NCBI GenBank assembly: GCA_035712125.1
Contig: DASTBJ010000769.1
Span: 1 to 38,907, forward strand
Direction of reading: 5' to 3'
From: Terriglobia bacterium
GTDB taxonomy: Bacteria > Acidobacteriota > Terriglobia > 20CM-2-55-15
Length of the DNA: 38,907 bases
Made by a program: the position numbers and the translations under genes. The notes beneath the pieces were generated by a model. The model saw nothing but the letters and a program-made list of their open reading frames with translations. It was not told the origin of the DNA and made no database searches. Shown here piece after piece: positions 35,009 to 38,907 of the stretch. Each line of letters opens with the position of its first letter. Position 1 is the stretch's first letter.

Positions 35009-35074
35009 CCCCCTCACCACACGGCAACGTGGGGCGCGAGGGGACCTCAAAAATTCCAGGAATACACCACAGCT

Positions 35075-36868
35075 ATGCCTAAGAACGAAGCATTGGATAC
35101 CAAACGTCACTCTCTCGCCCACCTGATGGCCGCGTGCATCCAGGAAATGTTTCCGGAAGCGCGGTTTGGAGTCGGACCTGTCATTGAAGACGGCTTCTAC
35201 TACGACGTTAGTCTTGGGCGTACGTTGACGCCCGATGATCTCGCGGAGATCGAGAAGAGGATGAGGCAGAAAGTCAGTCAGGGACTGTCCTTCGATCGGT
35301 CGGAAATGCCTACGGATGAAGCGATTAACGTTTTCGGCGGAATGCAACAGGTTTTCAAGGTGGAACTCCTTCGCGACCTGAAAGCGCGCGGTACCACGGC
35401 CGTTGCCGAACTTGATGATACGAACCTTGTAGGAGACAGCGTTACCGAAGTCAGCGTCTACAAGACCGGGACCTTTACCGACCTTTGCCGGGGCCCGCAT
35501 GTGAAGAACACGCGAGAGATCGCCCCCGACAGCTTCAAGCTCACCCGTGTGTCGGGCGCCTACTGGCGGGGCGACCAGTCGCGCGAGCAGATGCAGCGGG
35601 TCTACGGCGTCGCCTTCGATACTCGAAAGGAGCTCGACGCTTATTTCGTTCGGCTGGAAGAGGCAAAGAAGCGGGACCATCGCAAGTTGGGTCAGGATCT
35701 GGATCTCTTCAGCATTCAGCCCGACACGGTTGGCGGCGGATTGATCCTGTGGCACCCGAAGGGGGGACTCATCCGCCATCTGGCGGAGGAATATTGTAAG
35801 CAACGGCACCTGGAATCCGGGTACGACTTCGTTTACACCCCTCACATCGGCCGTGCGACGCTCTGGGAGACCAGCGGCCATCTGGGGTTCTACGCCGAGA
35901 ACATGTATGCGCCGATTAAGATCGACGAACAGCTCTATTACCTCAAGCCGATGAACTGTCCGTTCCACGTGAACATTTTCGGGAACTCGAGGCGATCCTA
36001 TCGGGAGCTGCCGATGCGCCTGGCAGAGTGGGGCACCGTGTATCGGTTCGAGCGCAGCGGCGTGCTTCACGGATTGACCCGCGTCCGCGGCTTCACACAG
36101 GACGACGCGCATCTGTTCTGTCGCCCGGATCAGATGCCGGCGGAAATCGACAAGGTGCTCAACTTCAGTCTCGATATCCTGCGCGCATTCGGCTTTGACA
36201 CGTTCGAGCTGTTTTTGAGCACGCGCCCGCCGAAGCGTGTAGGTCGCGAAGAAGACTGGGACGTCGCAGAAGCGGCTCTCGAAGAGACGTTGAAGCGCTC
36301 AGGCATTCCCTATCAGATCAATGAAGCGGACGGCGCCTTCTACGGTCCGAAGATCGACTTGATCGTCAAGGACGCGATTGGACGCCCGTGGCAGCTCAGC
36401 ACCGTTCAGTTCGATTTCAATCTGCCCGAGCGGTTCAACCTGACTTATGTTGGCGAAGACGGCGCGCCGCATCGTCCGTTCATGATTCATCGCGCTTTGC
36501 TCGGGAGTATGGAGCGATTTTTCGGTGTCTTGCTCGAACACCATGGCGGCGCTTTACCGGTTTGGCTCTCTCCTGTCCAGGCAATGATCATTCCCATTGC
36601 GGACCGCCATAAAGACTACTGCGCCGATGTTCAAGCGCGATTGAAGGCGGCAGGGTTGCGTGCCGACATCGACGCCGGCGAGGAGCGAATGAATGCCAAG
36701 ATCCGCAATGCCCAGCTGCAGAAGATACCGTACATGCTGGTCGTCGGAGATCGCGAGCAGGAAGGCGGAGCCGTCTCGGTCCGGCTGCGGTCAGGAGAGG
36801 ATCTTAAATCGAAGAGTGTGGAGGAGTTTGTCGCGCTTGCGACGACGACTGTTAAGAACCTCAAGTGA
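35075..36868 (+). CDS. thrS: Threonine--tRNA ligase (short form lacking the N-terminal TGS domain)
   Basis: 597 aa. It starts at the editing-domain motif RHSLAHLMA. It also has CRGPHV, RDHRKLG, KPMNCPFH and FTQDDAHLF motifs plus an anticodon-binding domain. Confidence 0.95.
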   Translation: MPKNEALDTKRHSLAHLMAACIQEMFPEARFGVGPVIEDGFYYDVSLGRTLTPDDLAEIEKRMRQKVSQGLSFDRSEMPTDEAINVFGGMQQVFKVELLRDLKARGTTAVAELDDTNLVGDSVTEVSVYKTGTFTDLCRGPHVKNTREIAPDSFKLTRVSGAYWRGDQSREQMQRVYGVAFDTRKELDAYFVRLEEAKKRDHRKLGQDLDLFSIQPDTVGGGLILWHPKGGLIRHLAEEYCKQRHLESGYDFVYTPHIGRATLWETSGHLGFYAENMYAPIKIDEQLYYLKPMNCPFHVNIFGNSRRSYRELPMRLAEWGTVYRFERSGVLHGLTRVRGFTQDDAHLFCRPDQMPAEIDKVLNFSLDILRAFGFDTFELFLSTRPPKRVGREEDWDVAEAALEETLKRSGIPYQINEADGAFYGPKIDLIVKDAIGRPWQLSTVQFDFNLPERFNLTYVGEDGAPHRPFMIHRALLGSMERFFGVLLEHHGGALPVWLSPVQAMIIPIADRHKDYCADVQARLKAAGLRADIDAGEERMNAKIRNAQLQKIPYMLVVGDREQEGGAVSVRLRSGEDLKSKSVEEFVALATTTVKNLK

Positions 36869-36881
36869 GGGGGTGAAAAAA

Positions 36882-36925
36882 TCAGGATCGGAAATCGGAA
36901 ATTTCGAAATTGGACGAATCCTGCA
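36882..36925. repeat. Imperfect AT-rich palindrome built from (C/T)GGAAAT / CGAAAT units
   Basis: AGGATCGGAAATCGGAAATTTCGAAATTGGACGAATCCT. The outer arms AGGATCG/CGAATCCT pair with one bulge, and the core UCGGAAAUUUCGA is self-complementary with one G.U. Confidence 0.5.
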
Positions 36926-36928
36926 GTT

Positions 36929-37010
36929 CAAATCCGAAATTGGAAATCTTAATTTGGACTGTCGGTCGTCGGGTTAGTCGTCCAATTTGAGATTTCCAAT
37001 TTCGGATTTG
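36929..37010. repeat. 31-bp inverted repeat (long hairpin); candidate thrS terminator or structured element and intron homing site
   Basis: Left arm 36929-36959 is CAAATCCGAAATTGGAAATCTTAATTTGGAC. Right arm 36980-37010 is GTCCAATTTGAGATTTCCAATTTCGGATTTG. The 20-nt loop lies between them, and mismatches are confined to a short central TAAT/CAAA stretch. The element is strikingly AT-rich for this sequence. Confidence 0.7.
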
Positions 37011-37512
37011 GTGCGCCAGGTAAAGCTTGGTCCATCTCACAAGCTGAAAGGAGCTTGTCCTTGAAATGATCCGTTCATCAAGATAGCCGCGCAAGCGTGT
37101 GGAATTGGAGCAATCCGCAACACGAAGCCTTGCAAGGCGAAATCATGAGCCGCAGCGAAAGCGAACCCAGTTCGGCCTCGTTAGAAATAAATGAGAGAGT
37201 GGCCAGTCTTCCAAATCGGATGAAGCCTGACATCGGTGTTGAAGAAGCGGATATCGGCAGACACCGAACTCTCCGGGGTGTTAGGGGGCAGCGCGTGATG
37301 AAAGAAGGACCAGGAACCTGGGAGACCCGCGGTTTTTTTTGCGGGAGTCGGACAGCCCATAGTAGCGATGAAACGGGTAACGACCGCGGAGCGAAGGGGC
37401 TGAATGTGAGCGAGCAACTGTAAGAGGAGGAAAGAGCCGCTTGGATGAAAATCCCACTACGGGACAACCGGAATGGCAACTGAGGGCGCCGGAGATCGGG
37501 CCGGAGGTGAGC

Positions 37513-38835
37513 ATGCCGGAGAAACTCTTTCAACTGAGACAGAAGCTGAACGAGAAAGCGAAGCGAGAGCCAAAGTTTCGGTTCTATGTCTTGTATGACC
37601 GGATCTTTCGGCGTGACGTACTGGAGACGGCCTGGAAACGGGTGAAGGCCAACAAAGGAGCGCCCGGGGTGGACGGCGTGACGATGGCGATGATCGAGAA
37701 CAGCGAAGCCGGAGTTGTGGGCTTTCTGGCGGAGATCGAGCAGTCGTTGCGGCAGAAAACCTACCAGCCACAGCCTGTACGTCGGGTATGGATTGAGAAA
37801 GCCAATGGGAAGCTGCGGCCACTGGGAATCCCGACGATACGGGATCGTGTGATCCAGATGGCAGCGTTCCTGATCCTGGAACCGATATTCGAGGCGGATT
37901 TTCTAGACTGTAGCTATGGGTTCCGCAGCGACCGATCGGCCCATGATGCCCTGAAGGAAATTCGAACGCATCTGCGAGCGGGCTATCAGGCCGTCTACGA
38001 TGCGGATCTGAAGGGGTACTTTGATTCGATTCCGCATCAACAACTGATGGCCTGTGTGGCGATGCGGGTTGCCGACCGGTCGGTATTGAAGCTGATCCGG
38101 ATGTGGCTGGAAACGGCAGTGGTAGAGGAACAGCCGGATGGACAACCGCCGAAGGTGAGCCGGACTACCACCGGGACACCGCAAGGTGGGGTGATCTCGC
38201 CATTGCTGTCGAATATCTACCTGCACTGGTTCGATAAGGTGTTTCACCGCATCGACGGACCGGCGCGGTGGGCCAACGCAAAGCTGGTGCGCTACGCCGA
38301 TGACTTTGTGGTGCTGGCACGCTATCAGTCCAGGCAACTGGGAGAGTTTATCGAATCGAAGCTGGAGCAGTGGATGGGGCTGAAGCTCAACCGGGAGAAG
38401 ACACGGGTCGTGCATCTCCGGCACGCTGGAGCGAGTCTGGATTTCCTAGGCTATACGTTCCGCTATGACCGGAGTCGGCCAGGTCAGCCTGCGTATTTGA
38501 ATGTGTTCCCTTCGAAGAAAGCGTTGCTGAAGCAGCGGTCCGTTGTACGAGCTCTTACCCACAGTCGGTACGGGTTCAAACCGACTCCGGTCTTGCTTGC
38601 GGACCTCAATCGCAGCCTTCATGGATGGGCGGCATATTTCAGACTGGGCTATCCCGGCAAAGCCTACCGGAATCTCAACTACTATGTGCAGCAACGTTTG
38701 CGGATTCATCTCAGTCGCCGCAGCCAGCGTCCGTATCGTGCGCCCGAAGGCCGCAGCCTTTATGCGCATCTTCGTGATCTGGGTCTGCGGTCCTTGACAC
38801 CGTCGCGTGATCGCTCTGCTCGTTTGTTCACATGA
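37513..38835 (+). CDS. Group II intron reverse transcriptase/maturase (no endonuclease domain)
   Basis: RT blocks including [35 protein letters not shown] and RYADDFVVL (YADD). Maturase X region LDFLGYTF...LHGWAAYFR. The C-terminus is short with no HNH motif. I prefer ATG 37513 (GGAGG 5 nt upstream) to TTG 37441. Confidence 0.9.
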   Translation: MPEKLFQLRQKLNEKAKREPKFRFYVLYDRIFRRDVLETAWKRVKANKGAPGVDGVTMAMIENSEAGVVGFLAEIEQSLRQKTYQPQPVRRVWIEKANGKLRPLGIPTIRDRVIQMAAFLILEPIFEADFLDCSYGFRSDRSAHDALKEIRTHLRAGYQAVYDADLKGYFDSIPHQQLMACVAMRVADRSVLKLIRMWLETAVVEEQPDGQPPKVSRTTTGTPQGGVISPLLSNIYLHWFDKVFHRIDGPARWANAKLVRYADDFVVLARYQSRQLGEFIESKLEQWMGLKLNREKTRVVHLRHAGASLDFLGYTFRYDRSRPGQPAYLNVFPSKKALLKQRSVVRALTHSRYGFKPTPVLLADLNRSLHGWAAYFRLGYPGKAYRNLNYYVQQRLRIHLSRRSQRPYRAPEGRSLYAHLRDLGLRSLTPSRDRSARLFT

Positions 38836-38868
38836 GAGCCGGATGCGGGAAATCTGCACGTCCGGTTC
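38836..38868 (+). other. Group II intron domain V (catalytic hairpin)
   Basis: GAGCCGGAUGCGGGAAAUCUGCACGUCCGGUUC. The lower stem GAGCCGGA/UCCGGUUC carries the AGC triad, a 2-nt AC bulge is present, and the apical loop is GAAA-like. Confidence 0.85.
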
Positions 38869-38871
38869 GAC

Positions 38872-38903
38872 GAGGGGCCCGCGACTTGCTCGCGGGCCTA
38901 CTC
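38872..38903 (+). other. Group II intron domain VI with bulged branch-point A
   Basis: GAGG-GGCCCGCGA-CUUGC-UCGCGGGCC-U-A-CUC. A perfect 9-bp stem with an unpaired A at 38900. Confidence 0.75.
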
Positions 38904-38907
38904 TACA

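Larger units (their letters stand above)
37011..38906 (+). mobile_element. Group II intron, apparently full length (~1.9 kb)
   Basis: The 5' end GUGCGCCAGG matches the GUGYG consensus (compare Ll.LtrB GUGCGCCCAG). An RT/maturase ORF sits in domain IV. Canonical domain V lies at 38836-38868. Domain VI has a bulged A at 38900, 7 nt before a ...UAC 3' end. Candidate EBS2 CGAAAU (37138-37143) and EBS1 CAAAUC (37212-37217, in a loop closed by CUUC/GAAG) pair with the contiguous 5'-exon AUUUCG-GAUUUG (36999-37010). Confidence 0.8.

Noticed and set aside
35009-35074. Hairpin with a GCAA loop (CCACACG-GCAA-CGUGGGG) between ogt and thrS, as a possible thrS leader or ogt terminator
   Set aside because: It is short and imperfect, has no U-tract, and shows no resemblance to known thrS operator or T-box leaders. 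The evidence is insufficient to call it.
34973-36112. 379-aa ORF antisense to thrS
   Set aside because: The opposite strand encodes an unmistakable ThrRS with all class II motifs. The antisense product is Arg/Val/Pro-rich and motif-free.
36882-37094. 70-aa minus-strand ORF, and the idea that the GGAAAT repeats form a CRISPR-like array
   Set aside because: The ORF is an artefact of the palindromic AT-rich repeat (FEISDF... mirrored). The repeats are short inverted words without unique spacers of regular length, so this is not a CRISPR array.
37097-37101. Alternative intron 5' end at GTGTG
   Set aside because: GUGCGCCAGG at 37011 matches known intron 5' ends better. It abuts the hairpin and is supported by the 12-nt IBS2-IBS1/EBS pairing. 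The exon sequence before 37097 has no such support.
37513-38835. The RT as part of a retron, a DGR or an Abi-type defence RT
   Set aside because: The maturase X domain, the flanking GUGCG 5' end and canonical domains V and VI identify it as a group II intron IEP. No template/variable repeat pair or msr/msd-like inverted repeats are seen.

Overview
GC-rich bacterial chromosomal window. The gene content looks Acidobacteria-like: DUF1552/DUF1592 pairs, carboxypeptidase-regulatory-domain proteins and many secreted beta-propeller and MBL enzymes. That taxon call is inference only. About 41 protein-coding genes are densely packed, with many 1-4 nt stop/start overlaps. The housekeeping backbone has four parts. 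(1) A pyrimidine cluster, pyrR-pyrB-pyrC on the minus strand, divergent from pyrD-pyrF. (2) A long minus-strand array: ymdB-like, ffh, rpsP, KH protein, rimM, trmD, rplS, small membrane protein, thiE, PQQ-dehydrogenase. (3) infC-rpmI-rplT-pheS-pheT-zapB-like-zapA-M23 peptidase, also minus strand. (4) ogt-thrS on the plus strand. Accessory material lies at 0.4-4 kb (Tat-signal MIOX-like oxygenase, cupin, YVTN propeller, M20 peptidase). More lies at 15-19 kb (small genes, a decayed MBL gene, a CarboxypepD_reg protein). The third accessory block, at 25.4-34.5 kb, holds a second PQQ-dehydrogenase, an MBL enzyme and a tightly coupled four-gene operon: DUF1592-type haem protein, Tat-DUF1552, periplasmic ankyrin protein, cytochrome c protein. 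The right end carries an apparently complete ~1.9 kb group II intron with an endonuclease-less RT/maturase. It sits in the 3' arm of a long AT-rich hairpin just after thrS. I saw no rRNA, tRNA or CRISPR array. Best candidates for something undescribed are the haem/ankyrin operon and a promoter-driven ~215-nt highly structured RNA upstream of the ymdB-ffh ribosomal operon. The Tat-exported MIOX-like oxygenase plus cupin pair is a third. All family assignments come from motif recognition by eye; no database search was possible.
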